This document shows, one piece after another, positions 17,284 through 26,277 of a stretch of DNA of 64,000 nucleotides. Every line of letters starts with the position of its first letter. Positions within the stretch are counted from its first letter, which is position 1. The notes beneath the pieces are model-generated. The model saw nothing but the letters and a program-made list of their open reading frames with translations, was not told the DNA's origin and ran no database searches. A program made the position numbers and the translations under genes. Origin of the DNA: Escherichia phage A5-4; sequence record OP744025, one strand, 5' to 3'.

Positions 17284-17622
17284 TTATAATTCTTCAGTAT
17301 TTTCCACAGCATGAGCCAGTTCACTCAAGAAGTCTTTCAAGCTAATGGTGTACGATTCAACAAGAGCTTCTGCAATTTGGCTCTTAAACTCCGAATCGGC
17401 TAACTCTTCCATCCGGCTATGTACGCTGATGTTCGTAATCAGAAACTTAACGATATAGCTCGCCTTGTAGAGCAAAGGGAAGTAATCTTCTACCATGTTT
17501 TCAATACGGAAGTATTTTTCTGCGTTGTATTCCCACATAAAAACAGCCGTCAGTTCTTTGGCAAGTTCATGGTCTTTTTTAGCCATTGCAATCAGATGTT
17601 CTATCTCTGCTTGTTCAACCAT
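17284..17622 (-). CDS. hypothetical protein
   Basis: ORF track. Confidence 0.55.
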   Translation of the reverse strand: MVEQAEIEHLIAMAKKDHELAKELTAVFMWEYNAEKYFRIENMVEDYFPLLYKASYIVKFLITNISVHSRMEELADSEFKSQIAEALVESYTISLKDFLSELAHAVENTEEL

Positions 17623-17849
17623 TAAATGACCTCCTCTTTAAGAATCTCGCGATGATCTGCGCTGTACCATCCTTTCATCGTATTAACTACACCAACAGCC
17701 TCGCCGTATGTTTCAAATTTCGATTCTTCATGTGGGCCAATACGGACAGTTACCCAAAACAAGTTAAATACTTTACGATGAACTTCGTAATGCGTTGATT
17801 CACCTTTCCGAACTTTAACGATCCGAACTTTCATTATACCACCCTCCAA
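17622..17849 (-). CDS. hypothetical protein
   Basis: ORF track. Confidence 0.5.
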   Translation of the reverse strand: MEGGIMKVRIVKVRKGESTHYEVHRKVFNLFWVTVRIGPHEESKFETYGEAVGVVNTMKGWYSADHREILKEEVI

Positions 17850-18030
17850 AAGTCATAAATGCTTGATCAACCATATCTTTCCACTCAGGGTAGAGAGCAC
17901 AAATCATGATGTAGACCTCTTCATCAATGTCTTCACACTCCTCCATTTCCAAATACTCTACCACAGGTATGGGCAGAAGGCAATTTATTTCTTTACCCCT
18001 GAATTTCAGACCCTTAACTAATTTTAGCAT
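17815..18030 (-). CDS. hypothetical protein with ALYPE motif
   Basis: Contains EDIDEEVYIMICALYPEW, the motif shared by several neighbouring ORFs. Confidence 0.5.
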   Translation of the reverse strand: MLKLVKGLKFRGKEINCLLPIPVVEYLEMEECEDIDEEVYIMICALYPEWKDMVDQAFMTFGGWYNESSDR

Positions 18031-18031
18031 A

Positions 18032-18271
18032 TCAATCCTTAATCACGTAGAATCCTGATTCGTTCATCAGGACAAAGGACTTGCCGAAGAAATCCTTACG
18101 ATTATCCAAAACAAGGTAGAATCTTCGCTCAGACGAGAGGTGATGTGGGTCAGCCATATAGCTTACCCTCGCCGTCATGCCCTTATTCTTGCCCCTCGTG
18201 ATCCTTACCCTTGTACCATTCTCATATTTAATAGACACCGAACCTCCCTTGCAACTCTTTATGAACCGCAT
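18032..18271 (-). CDS. hypothetical protein
   Basis: ORF track. Confidence 0.5.
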   Translation of the reverse strand: MRFIKSCKGGSVSIKYENGTRVRITRGKNKGMTARVSYMADPHHLSSERRFYLVLDNRKDFFGKSFVLMNESGFYVIKD

Positions 18272-18731
18272 CTAATCCTGGCTTCAGTTTTGGAAGATCT
18301 CTTATAAACTCAGGGTATAGGATATTAACGAACTCAATCTCATCATCAGTAGGCTTTTGGGTATCTTCAAAATACTCGTCAAGATTGAATATCTGCCAAT
18401 CCTTATGCCTTGCCTTTCGTATAGCTATGAAGATTTCATTGTTGCAGGTAGCCATCCAGGAAATCCTAGAACCTTCACCTTTACCACTTGGTAGTGTGGA
18501 AACACAGAAGCGTGGTACTTCCCGAACCTTAAAACCCTCGTCATAGTATCCACGACCACGTTGAAATTTAAACTTGGTCTTCCCCACTCTCTGACTAATC
18601 TTCATGTCACGACGAAAGCTGTGGTCAGAAGTATAAATAAGTGGCCTAATGTATCCCGTATGACGGATCTTTTTCCAATTCCAATCTCGAATCAGTATCT
18701 CATAAACTTCCTTAAATGCTTCATACGCCAT
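18228..18731 (-). CDS. hypothetical protein with ALYPE-type motif
   Basis: Contains KPTDDEIEFVNILYPEF. Confidence 0.55.
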   Translation of the reverse strand: MAYEAFKEVYEILIRDWNWKKIRHTGYIRPLIYTSDHSFRRDMKISQRVGKTKFKFQRGRGYYDEGFKVREVPRFCVSTLPSGKGEGSRISWMATCNNEIFIAIRKARHKDWQIFNLDEYFEDTQKPTDDEIEFVNILYPEFIRDLPKLKPGLDAVHKELQGRFGVY

Positions 18732-18960
18732 CGAACGATTCCTTATCTAGAGCACCAACAATCTCGAACTTTGCTACGCCTAAAACAACCACATGACCCA
18801 AGGATTGTACACCTGTCCACGGAGTACCATTCCTCTTAGGTCGCTTACCAGTTACATCGCAGAAATCATTCCGCATTTCTGTTGCATCAAACAACTCGCC
18901 TTTCGGAAAAACATCTTTGAAGTCAGCGATCACGTTAAGACATTTCAGTTTCATATTCAA
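18721..18960 (-). CDS. hypothetical protein
   Basis: ORF track. Confidence 0.5.
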   Translation of the reverse strand: MNMKLKCLNVIADFKDVFPKGELFDATEMRNDFCDVTGKRPKRNGTPWTGVQSLGHVVVLGVAKFEIVGALDKESFDGV

Positions 18961-19297
18961 ACACTCCTCTCTCTAATCTTTGTTTGGCAAGTAACTCCCT
19001 TTGTGCTCTAAGTGGCATCCTGAAAAATATCACAACATTCTCCAAATCTGCCGCCCGTTTTTTAAGCTCTTTGGTGAATTTACCTTCCCGCTTAATTGCA
19101 TCGTATATCTCTCTATACTCATATTCGATAGAGTTGTCTTCAAATATCCGGTTGGCGACCATATTATCAATCTCCATACCGATAGCTTCAAAGCTATACC
19201 AGTCTACATGTTCTTCTGTAACAGGACCTCTTTCTTTGTACACTTGTCCAGTTATTTCATTAACTACGATCGTTGTCATTGGAGTATCTCCTTGCAT
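18935..19297 (-). CDS. hypothetical protein, FFRMP-motif paralog A
   Basis: Shares GMEI...FED.S and FFRMP motifs with the 19260 gene. Confidence 0.5.
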   Translation of the reverse strand: MQGDTPMTTIVVNEITGQVYKERGPVTEEHVDWYSFEAIGMEIDNMVANRIFEDNSIEYEYREIYDAIKREGKFTKELKKRAADLENVVIFFRMPLRAQRELLAKQRLERGVFEYETEMS

Positions 19298-19604
19298 TAT
19301 ACGGCATCCTGAAAAAGTTTAAAAGGTTGTAGATAGCAGCAACCCTCTCTCTTACCTTTTCGTCAGAGAAACAATCAGGACCTTCGCTGCAAAGTTTAAA
19401 ATCTATATCTTCCCACTCAGCGACCACAGATTCGTCTTCGAAAACTCCCTTTTCAAACATCATTCGAATCTCCATCTCCATACCCTTGAAGATTGTAAAA
19501 GTAACATCTTCAGGATCAAGGTATGATACATTGTCTATAAAGAGGCCCCTTTCGGGATAAATGACCATATGCAAAATAATCCTCCTGTGTCCAATATAAT
19601 CCAC
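19260..19604 (-). CDS. hypothetical protein, FFRMP-motif paralog B
   Basis: See paralog A; the DNA repeat ggcatcctgaaaaa occurs in both genes. Confidence 0.5.
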   Translation of the reverse strand: MDYIGHRRIILHMVIYPERGLFIDNVSYLDPEDVTFTIFKGMEMEIRMMFEKGVFEDESVVAEWEDIDFKLCSEGPDCFSDEKVRERVAAIYNLLNFFRMPYNARRYSNDNDRS

Positions 19605-19692
19605 CCAGAAGCGATTTTGACGAGGTTTTCTTAAGATAATGATAAATCACCTTACCTCGTCGTAGACCTCGTTAGAATCGTTCTGAGAGCGT

Positions 19693-19947
19693 TTAAGCCA
19701 TACCGAGCAAATTCATCTCTTTTAACAGGCCTTCCAAGGTAGCATTAAACAACACTGGCTTGCCTTCCTCCAGCTTATTGAAGAAGATTTCATGAGTTTC
19801 ATTATCTATCTTCTCCATCTCTTTTACCACTTCCTCTGACAAAAAGATATCACTACCTTTTAAACCAGGAAACATCAAGAGAATTGCAGTTTTTGCATTT
19901 GTTGCCCAACCCTGACCACCATTCAGACTGAATATCTTAATCATCAT
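19693..19947 (-). CDS. hypothetical protein
   Basis: Internal Met of track ORF 19693..20025 with RBS tggagg. Confidence 0.5.
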   Translation of the reverse strand: MMIKIFSLNGGQGWATNAKTAILLMFPGLKGSDIFLSEEVVKEMEKIDNETHEIFFNKLEEGKPVLFNATLEGLLKEMNLLGMA

Positions 19948-20245
19948 TTTCCTCCAAATTAACCAGTGCAGTTCGGACTTCAAGAAGAGTTGCTGCCCTT
20001 GCCTCGTTTCTCTCTGAGAAATCACGAATCATCATCTTGTACTTCATTTCTTCTTCAGTACGAAGAATTTTCTGTTCGATCAGTTTGTAAACTTGGCCTG
20101 CTCTTTCTGGAAACAACGCTGCAAAGAGATTCCAATCTTCCAATCTACCTTCGTAAGACTCTCCAGAAGTAAAGTACCGATCTCTTTCGATACTGTCAAC
20201 AAAATAGTAGCCGAATTCACCATAACGCCAAGTTTCATTTTTCAT
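19937..20245 (-). CDS. hypothetical protein, paralog of 20407..20646
   Basis: Shared YFTS...EGR.EDW...PE motif. Confidence 0.55.
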   Translation of the reverse strand: MKNETWRYGEFGYYFVDSIERDRYFTSGESYEGRLEDWNLFAALFPERAGQVYKLIEQKILRTEEEMKYKMMIRDFSERNEARAATLLEVRTALVNLEENDD

Positions 20246-20403
20246 TTGATGTACCGAGCAGCAGCCGTACCGATAAGGAAGCCAGCAGGAACTGCGACAA
20301 TGATAGCTTCAATCATTTTAAGATCTGCTGCAACACATGCTGCACCAACAACAACAGAACCAGCCCAGATAGCAATTACACGTTTCAAAAATTTAGTATT
20401 CAT
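20242..20403 (-). CDS. small membrane protein (53 aa)
   Basis: Hand-translated MNTKFLKRVIAIWAGSVVVGAACVAAD...; RBS aggaga; ATGA overlap with downstream start. Confidence 0.5.
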   Translation of the reverse strand: MNTKFLKRVIAIWAGSVVVGAACVAADLKMIEAIIVAVPAGFLIGTAAARYIK

Positions 20404-20406
20404 TCG

Positions 20407-20646
20407 TTAGTCTCCTGATTTTGTTAAGTTTTCTTTTATTTTTACGTACTCGATTAAAGATTTTGCGAGATCACCATCGATTTTCTCACAAACCATGAGT
20501 ATCTCTCTTACCTTTTCGGGATGAACAGATTCATAAAATTTCCAATCCTCTGTTCTCCCCTCTGTGGTTTGGGAAGTGAAGTATTCTTCTCTGTCTCGCT
20601 CCGGTAAGAGATAATATACAAGACTTAGCTTCCTCTCGTCAAGCAT
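20407..20646 (-). CDS. hypothetical protein, paralog of 19937..20245
   Basis: Shared motif. Confidence 0.55.
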   Translation of the reverse strand: MLDERKLSLVYYLLPERDREEYFTSQTTEGRTEDWKFYESVHPEKVREILMVCEKIDGDLAKSLIEYVKIKENLTKSGD

Positions 20647-20655
20647 TTTATCACC

Positions 20656-21027
20656 TTATTCGTAAAAAACCTTATCCGCTTGTTCTTTTAACCAACCCCG
20701 TCGGAAAGCACTCTTAAGTATTTCTGCCCACTTCGGATTTGCTGCCTCTAAGAGAAGTACCTCTTCTTTCTCTATGTTCATAGGATCAGCAAAGAAATCC
20801 AAAATCTCCTCATTGAAGACACCCTCTATCAAGATCCCTTTATATTTCAACGTCAAAAGTTTTGCCATAAAACCTTGAGATATTGCTCCCTCTCTATCAA
20901 TTGTCGTAGTTGGGGGATTTGGAAAAGGGAAACCCTGCATCGGTGTTGGTGATGCACCTGTCTTCACAAAAGTGTTCCCGCCAGTGTTATTGAAGAAACC
21001 TTTCATATTTTTATCGTACAATGACAT
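20656..21027 (-). CDS. hypothetical protein with ALYPE-type motif
   Basis: Contains FADPMNIEKEEVLLLEAANPKW. Confidence 0.5.
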   Translation of the reverse strand: MSLYDKNMKGFFNNTGGNTFVKTGASPTPMQGFPFPNPPTTTIDREGAISQGFMAKLLTLKYKGILIEGVFNEEILDFFADPMNIEKEEVLLLEAANPKWAEILKSAFRRGWLKEQADKVFYE

Positions 21028-21466
21028 TTTCTACCCTCTCTTGAATTTTTATCTCTGCCTCATCTAAAGCTTCCCCCATTGCAAGGATATACCTTGAAAT
21101 TTCAGGGAACAACGCTTCAAACATCTCTATCTCCTCTTCAAGTATATCTGTTGGATCGAAGAAATACTCTTCAAGGACTATTCGCTTTGTCACGATCTTG
21201 TTGCCGTAAGTAACAAAAACGAAACGATCAGGTTTCCCAATAGAATCTTTGGAGGTTCTCCATTGGAAAAGATGCCTGTTTGAACTTATGTTTATCCTTT
21301 TGTCAGCCTTGTCCAGCGGGATTCTAAAACTTACGGATGCTGACATTCCTTCGGATTGAGTCCATTTTTCACTCTTCTTAAAAATATTGTTCCGGTATCT
21401 GTTTTTACCTAAGGCATTAAAAGTCCACTGCCTGCTCAATCTCTCGATTATCTCTTTAGTTTTCAA
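21011..21466 (-). CDS. hypothetical protein with ALYPE-type motif
   Basis: Contains FFDPTDILEEEIEMFEALFPEI. Confidence 0.55.
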   Translation of the reverse strand: MKTKEIIERLSRQWTFNALGKNRYRNNIFKKSEKWTQSEGMSASVSFRIPLDKADKRINISSNRHLFQWRTSKDSIGKPDRFVFVTYGNKIVTKRIVLEEYFFDPTDILEEEIEMFEALFPEISRYILAMGEALDEAEIKIQERVENVIVR

Positions 21467-22014
21467 AACGGTATGTCCTCGTCAACAATAAATTTTATAG
21501 CATTCTTTACAGCCGCTTTATTCAGATGTTGAACACGCTGGAAGAACATTAGGTTCAAGTCAAGAAGAATATCATCATCTCCGTACAACGCCGTGAAAAG
21601 ATCAAGCTCTTCATCTGTCGGATGCGTGGGATTCTCAAATAAGCCCTCAAACACCACCTGGGCCTCATTTCTTTTAGCCAGCGTGGTTGAGTCTCGATAG
21701 ATATTTAATACCGTGTGTACATCATCTACGCTTAGGATTTTGACACATTCCAGATCTCCTGTGTCACCATCGAGATAAAGAGTGATCGCAGGAGTTGACC
21801 AATTTGATTCACTTATTGCATAAACGTAGATGCTTTTGCGATTACCAACTGCAATAGACTCTTCAATTTTCTTTTCTGCCGCCTTAAAGAAAGGTTGGTG
21901 TTTGATCCAATGCTCCCAACCAATCCAACGAGCACCCTTACCATACGCATTCAGCACATGATTCTCAATGTTACGTTTACTCTTTAAAACCTCCATAAAA
22001 GAAAAGCCAGCCAC
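21463..22014 (-). CDS. hypothetical protein with ALYPE-type motif
   Basis: Contains NPTHPTDEELDLFTALYGDD. Confidence 0.55.
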   Translation of the reverse strand: MAGFSFMEVLKSKRNIENHVLNAYGKGARWIGWEHWIKHQPFFKAAEKKIEESIAVGNRKSIYVYAISESNWSTPAITLYLDGDTGDLECVKILSVDDVHTVLNIYRDSTTLAKRNEAQVVFEGLFENPTHPTDEELDLFTALYGDDDILLDLNLMFFQRVQHLNKAAVKNAIKFIVDEDIPF

Positions 22015-22035
22015 CTTTCGGTGACTGGCCTAGAG

Positions 22036-22503
22036 TTAGCTACTAATCACCACGAATGCAGTAACTATAGCATACAGAAATCCAATTGCAACAAAAATTA
22101 TCATAATGGGGTCAGAGGTTACTCGCTTAAGTTTTCCTAAGAAAGTTGATCGGTATTTGTGTTCCTTCTCCATTTTGTTTATCAAAATGATGAAAGAGTT
22201 GATATGAATATCTTCAGCACTCTCTGCAAAAGGTGTGTACTTGAACGTACCTTCTGTATTTGCAACAAAGCTGCGATGATACTTTTTACCGTCATAACTT
22301 TCTATAAGAAGACCATCCTTTGTCACCCGATAACTAACTGAACGGAACTTGTCATAAAAAACGTATGCCCTGAATCCATCTTGATCGGGAACAGCCTTTC
22401 TGACGTAGCCGTCAAAAAACTCCAATCTCTTTCCAGAATTCAGTTCCAAGTTGTCAGCTAACATAGGGAGTTGACTTACGTATGTAAAGTACATAATGAT
22501 CAT
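22036..22503 (-). CDS. hypothetical protein with C-terminal TM helix
   Basis: ORF track; hydrophobic C-terminus. Confidence 0.5.
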   Translation of the reverse strand: MIIMYFTYVSQLPMLADNLELNSGKRLEFFDGYVRKAVPDQDGFRAYVFYDKFRSVSYRVTKDGLLIESYDGKKYHRSFVANTEGTFKYTPFAESAEDIHINSFIILINKMEKEHKYRSTFLGKLKRVTSDPIMIIFVAIGFLYAIVTAFVVISS

Positions 22504-22695
22504 CCTTCCACTAAGCTGAAATCATTTTATCATATTATGAAAAAATACAACAGCGAAGATCGGTCATGAACACTATGTTGTTAATTTTTACAACAGGACT
22601 CCAAAAAAGTATTTAAATCACTTAAATCGATTTTAATACATAGAAAATACCTATGGACCAGATCTGACCCATAGGCTATACCTTAATGTGAAATT

Positions 22696-23274
22696 TTATT
22701 CATTTCCCCGATATTTTTGAATTGCGATCGAAGTCCTTGGTTCAGCCAGTCCAGTTCCATATGCATACCATTTGCCAGTGAGTGTTTTTCGAGCACCGTA
22801 GGACCCAATCTCCATGTCGTCACAATAAACATCGTAACCGATCGGGGTCTTAACTAAAAAGAGTACATTACGAGGAATCCCTAAGAGGGTAAACATCGAT
22901 ATGGCATCTTTTGCGATCTCGTGAGAAATCTTCTCTGCATTCTTTTTACTGGTTGCACTTCTAAACAGTTCCATCTTTAAGAAGATATTGAAATGAATAT
23001 CATCAAGAACCATCTCATCACGGAAGCATGGGGTCACAGCCATCCAACTGCCATCTTCCAACTTCCCTTCTTTGTCGAGTTGGAGGAATGATTGCTCTGC
23101 GGAAGCCACTGCATATTTCCCGTTCTGGACAATTCGAAGATCAGTAACATCTTCGGGGCATGTATGATCCATAGCATCATCATCCACATAGCTTGGGACA
23201 ACCTTATCATTGAAACCTTTACATTTCCACCAACTGTGGGCATCAATAAACAATGTGAAGTCGATGTTTGACAT
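22696..23274 (-). CDS. hypothetical protein
   Basis: Internal Met (MSNIDF) of track ORF 22696..23304, removing overlap with the upstream gene. Confidence 0.5.
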   Translation of the reverse strand: MSNIDFTLFIDAHSWWKCKGFNDKVVPSYVDDDAMDHTCPEDVTDLRIVQNGKYAVASAEQSFLQLDKEGKLEDGSWMAVTPCFRDEMVLDDIHFNIFLKMELFRSATSKKNAEKISHEIAKDAISMFTLLGIPRNVLFLVKTPIGYDVYCDDMEIGSYGARKTLTGKWYAYGTGLAEPRTSIAIQKYRGNE

Positions 23275-23275
23275 T

Positions 23276-23779
23276 TTAGCCTCGCTTACCATTCTGGAAT
23301 GCACGTTTAGTAATTTTTGACATAACCATCAGGTCTTCTATTGAAGTGCTTGGATGATACTTATTCAGGTAGGCTTCCATAGCGCCGACCAGATCAGAAA
23401 GCTCTACCAACTCCATGATCTTACATTTTTGTTTAGCTGCATCCTTGAGTTCATCAAGTTCTTCTTGAATCTTAGTGATCTCTCCAAGCTCTCCGCGAGG
23501 GAAAGTATCCAGATGATAACCAGGTTTTTGTTCTTCAATGCCCTCATGTCCGACAACACGAAATTTTCCGGCAGCGAAACGCCAAACACCTTCAAAATAC
23601 ACAATGTAATGTTCCGACTCTGCAATGAAGATAGTGTCGAAATTTTTAAATTTAAAAAATCCTTCGATAAGATTATCTTCTGTACTGAAACTTCCTAAGA
23701 AGTTGAGTTCTTGCTCCGTATGAAATTCCATAACCATATTTTCGTTCTGGAGTTTCGTCAGCAATTTTAAAATTTTCAT
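23276..23779 (-). CDS. hypothetical protein, possibly MazG-like all-alpha pyrophosphohydrolase
   Basis: Internal Met with RBS aggagag; C-terminal ELGEITKIQEELDELKDAA...LVELSDLVGAMEAYL loosely resembles the MazG EExxE motif. Confidence 0.35.
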   Translation of the reverse strand: MKILKLLTKLQNENMVMEFHTEQELNFLGSFSTEDNLIEGFFKFKNFDTIFIAESEHYIVYFEGVWRFAAGKFRVVGHEGIEEQKPGYHLDTFPRGELGEITKIQEELDELKDAAKQKCKIMELVELSDLVGAMEAYLNKYHPSTSIEDLMVMSKITKRAFQNGKRG

Positions 23780-23790
23780 TTTCTCTCCTC

Positions 23791-24279
23791 TTATGGGCAA
23801 CACCGTGGAGATCTTCCACAGAAGAATTGCCAATTGGTTTCTGAGTCTTTGTAATTTACAAACCCTATCCTTCCGCACCCTTTCCCACTACAAACCGCTT
23901 CACGAGGATGATAGTCTATACTGCAAGAGTGGGGATGATCAAACGCTTCTCGTATTTCAACACAGAGTCTACTTAACCAAGCGAACATTTTTGGCATAGA
24001 AGCTTCAAGGAGTTTAAGTTCATCGACCGTAGGTTTGTCTTTCTCCATGAAGAAGTCATTTATCTCGGAAAACAAAATCACGTTTTGAACTATACCGCTG
24101 CTTACCTTGTAAGAGAACTCCTCAGTAAGTCTCACAGTAACTTCCTCTATCAATTCTTTTTCATTATCTTGATCTTTTGCTAATCTTTCTTCAATCCATC
24201 GGATAACGAAGAATCTTTCTCTCTGAACATCCATGTTCAAAGTATTGATTATTTTTTCATAGATTAGGTTTCCTTCCAT
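23791..24279 (-). CDS. hypothetical Cys-rich protein with ALYPE-type motif
   Basis: Contains KPTVDELKLLEASMPKMF; N-terminal cysteine cluster. Confidence 0.5.
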   Translation of the reverse strand: MEGNLIYEKIINTLNMDVQRERFFVIRWIEERLAKDQDNEKELIEEVTVRLTEEFSYKVSSGIVQNVILFSEINDFFMEKDKPTVDELKLLEASMPKMFAWLSRLCVEIREAFDHPHSCSIDYHPREAVCSGKGCGRIGFVNYKDSETNWQFFCGRSPRCCP

Positions 24280-25391
24280 ACCTTGTCTTGTGCCTCCAGG
24301 ATAAGTTTTTCAACAATCTTCAGATCTGTTTTCTTTGGTAAGCTCGATTGCTTATAAAGAACATCTGTGATCATTTTATCTTTTTCTTCAGCCCAGTCAA
24401 CAATTTCTTCATAGCGGTATTCACCATTTCGGATTGCGAGGAGTTCTTCAGCGTCTGGTCGATTAACTAAAACTTTACCTTCTGTGAGGATTTCTTCACC
24501 CATCCGAAGAAGCCGGACCAAATGCATAGCATGTTTAGTGTCGTAACCGAACTTCTCTTCCAGTTCATGACGCTTCTCGTTACGATTCTTAACCCATTCC
24601 CAATAGTTGTGGTGTTTCTCCTTGGCCCATTTATGATCGTCAGCACAATACTTAACAATCATCAGTGTCTTACCTCTTTTAACTTCATCTGGGATTTCTT
24701 CATAGTCCAGCTTACGGATAGAACCATCTTTGTTAAACATAGGTTCAACATTTTCACGACGATCCTCTACAACGCCGTAAATGTTACTGCCGTAATGAAC
24801 CAAAGTACAGAAGCCTTCCATGTTTTTAAATTTACGAACAAAGTCTTCGTACTTCAACTCACCTTCTCCGAGATAGCTCTGCACCAGACGGAAATAGTCA
24901 AATTGAGTTGGTGGCTCTTTTGGTTGCGGATTATTAATGTGTTTGTTGTGACCCTTGATCCGCTTTAACTGAGACATTGCATAACCACTGAAGCGAAATG
25001 CAACTTCACGAGACAGTAAGGAGTAGAAATGTTCTTTCATCTCTTTCCAAGCTTCGTGCTCGTACAATGTGGCTTTCGGATCAGTAAAACCCAGTTCAAT
25101 GATATTTGGGTTCATCTTCGAAAACAGTTGAAGGAAAGTTCCCAATTCGTAGATCTTGGCATCCTCTTCACCAGGGATGTTTAATTCAGTAACCTCTTTG
25201 AATGGGGTACGAACCACATTTGGGGTTGCAACAAAAACCCCACGGATATCAATATCACTACCTTCGTTATTCGTACCATACGCATGAGATCCTGCCAGAC
25301 TCAACATCAGTACCTTCGCCACGTCTGGATGATTTTCCATCTTCTCTACGATACTTTTTACCTTTCCAGCACTCACAACTGAATTTTCCAT
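24264..25391 (-). CDS. Pol-beta superfamily nucleotidyltransferase
   Basis: N-terminal motif LSLAGSHAYGTNNEGSDIDIRGVF (hG[GS]...D.D signature). Confidence 0.6.
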   Translation of the reverse strand: MENSVVSAGKVKSIVEKMENHPDVAKVLMLSLAGSHAYGTNNEGSDIDIRGVFVATPNVVRTPFKEVTELNIPGEEDAKIYELGTFLQLFSKMNPNIIELGFTDPKATLYEHEAWKEMKEHFYSLLSREVAFRFSGYAMSQLKRIKGHNKHINNPQPKEPPTQFDYFRLVQSYLGEGELKYEDFVRKFKNMEGFCTLVHYGSNIYGVVEDRRENVEPMFNKDGSIRKLDYEEIPDEVKRGKTLMIVKYCADDHKWAKEKHHNYWEWVKNRNEKRHELEEKFGYDTKHAMHLVRLLRMGEEILTEGKVLVNRPDAEELLAIRNGEYRYEEIVDWAEEKDKMITDVLYKQSSLPKKTDLKIVEKLILEAQDKVWKET

Positions 25392-25481
25392 TTATCCTCC
25401 AATCATGTAAGTCACACAAGCCAACCCAGTTGGCCTGTTTAATCTTTATAAAGTTTACGCAGCTTGTGCAGTCTTTTTTAT

Positions 25482-25877
25482 TTATAGGCATTTCACACCA
25501 TAAATGATCATCAATACAACAAGTGTCAGTGTATAGATCAAACTCCCATAAAGTCCATGACTGGTGATTTTAAGCTTTTTCTTAAAGCACATCATTGTAC
25601 TATAAATTACACCAGTCCAGTGAATCACTAAAATCGCGGTGGCAATATCTGAAACATTACCCGCCCAAAGCATCAAAGAGTATGAGAGGTACATTGCAAA
25701 ACCTGATAGTAGGAATGTAAACAAATAACCAATTACACTTTTCTTTTTCTGATCTACGATTTTATTTTTCATGGTATCGATGTTCAGATTGTAATAGGCA
25801 ACTGCCACTATCTGGATAATCAGCCCCAAAATAAAGAAAGAGATCAGTGTAACGTATTCAAAAATTGGTGCAGTCAT
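25482..25877 (-). CDS. integral membrane protein (about 4 TM helices)
   Basis: Highly hydrophobic ORF. Confidence 0.55.
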   Translation of the reverse strand: MTAPIFEYVTLISFFILGLIIQIVAVAYYNLNIDTMKNKIVDQKKKSVIGYLFTFLLSGFAMYLSYSLMLWAGNVSDIATAILVIHWTGVIYSTMMCFKKKLKITSHGLYGSLIYTLTLVVLMIIYGVKCL

Positions 25878-26275
25878 TATAATTTCTCCTCAATAATTTC
25901 AGAAATGAGATTCGAGATCTCGAAAGTTTCTAACTCTTCGACGTGTGACAAGCGCTGGAGGCGCTCGATAACAAAGTCTTTCTTCACAAACACATCCGAC
26001 AGATGCTCAATGTCCTGCTTACCACGCATTCCGCTAACCAACTGCTTGTATCGGATGAGTTCAATATACTCCTCTTTAGACATTACTGTCAAGCGTTCAT
26101 CTGCACAAATATGCAAAAATACTTGCTTGCTGTCCCAGTCAAATCCTCTGTACACTGCCTCTACTTCACGGCGTGGTGTCCCGCCCAGTGTTACATGACC
26201 AACCTCAACAGGGATAGATACCTGATCATCAGGTCGGCACTGCTGCAACTCCTCAATCAATTCAGATACTTTCAT
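25877..26275 (-). CDS. hypothetical protein
   Basis: ORF track. Confidence 0.55.
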   Translation of the reverse strand: MKVSELIEELQQCRPDDQVSIPVEVGHVTLGGTPRREVEAVYRGFDWDSKQVFLHICADERLTVMSKEEYIELIRYKQLVSGMRGKQDIEHLSDVFVKKDFVIERLQRLSHVEELETFEISNLISEIIEEKL

Positions 26276-26277
26276 AG

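Noticed and set aside
23354-24968. Plus-strand ORFs 23354..23698, 23793..23999 and 24522..24968
   Set aside because: They lie antisense within co-oriented minus-strand genes, including the nucleotidyltransferase, and have hydrophobic low-complexity translations typical of AT-rich antisense frames.
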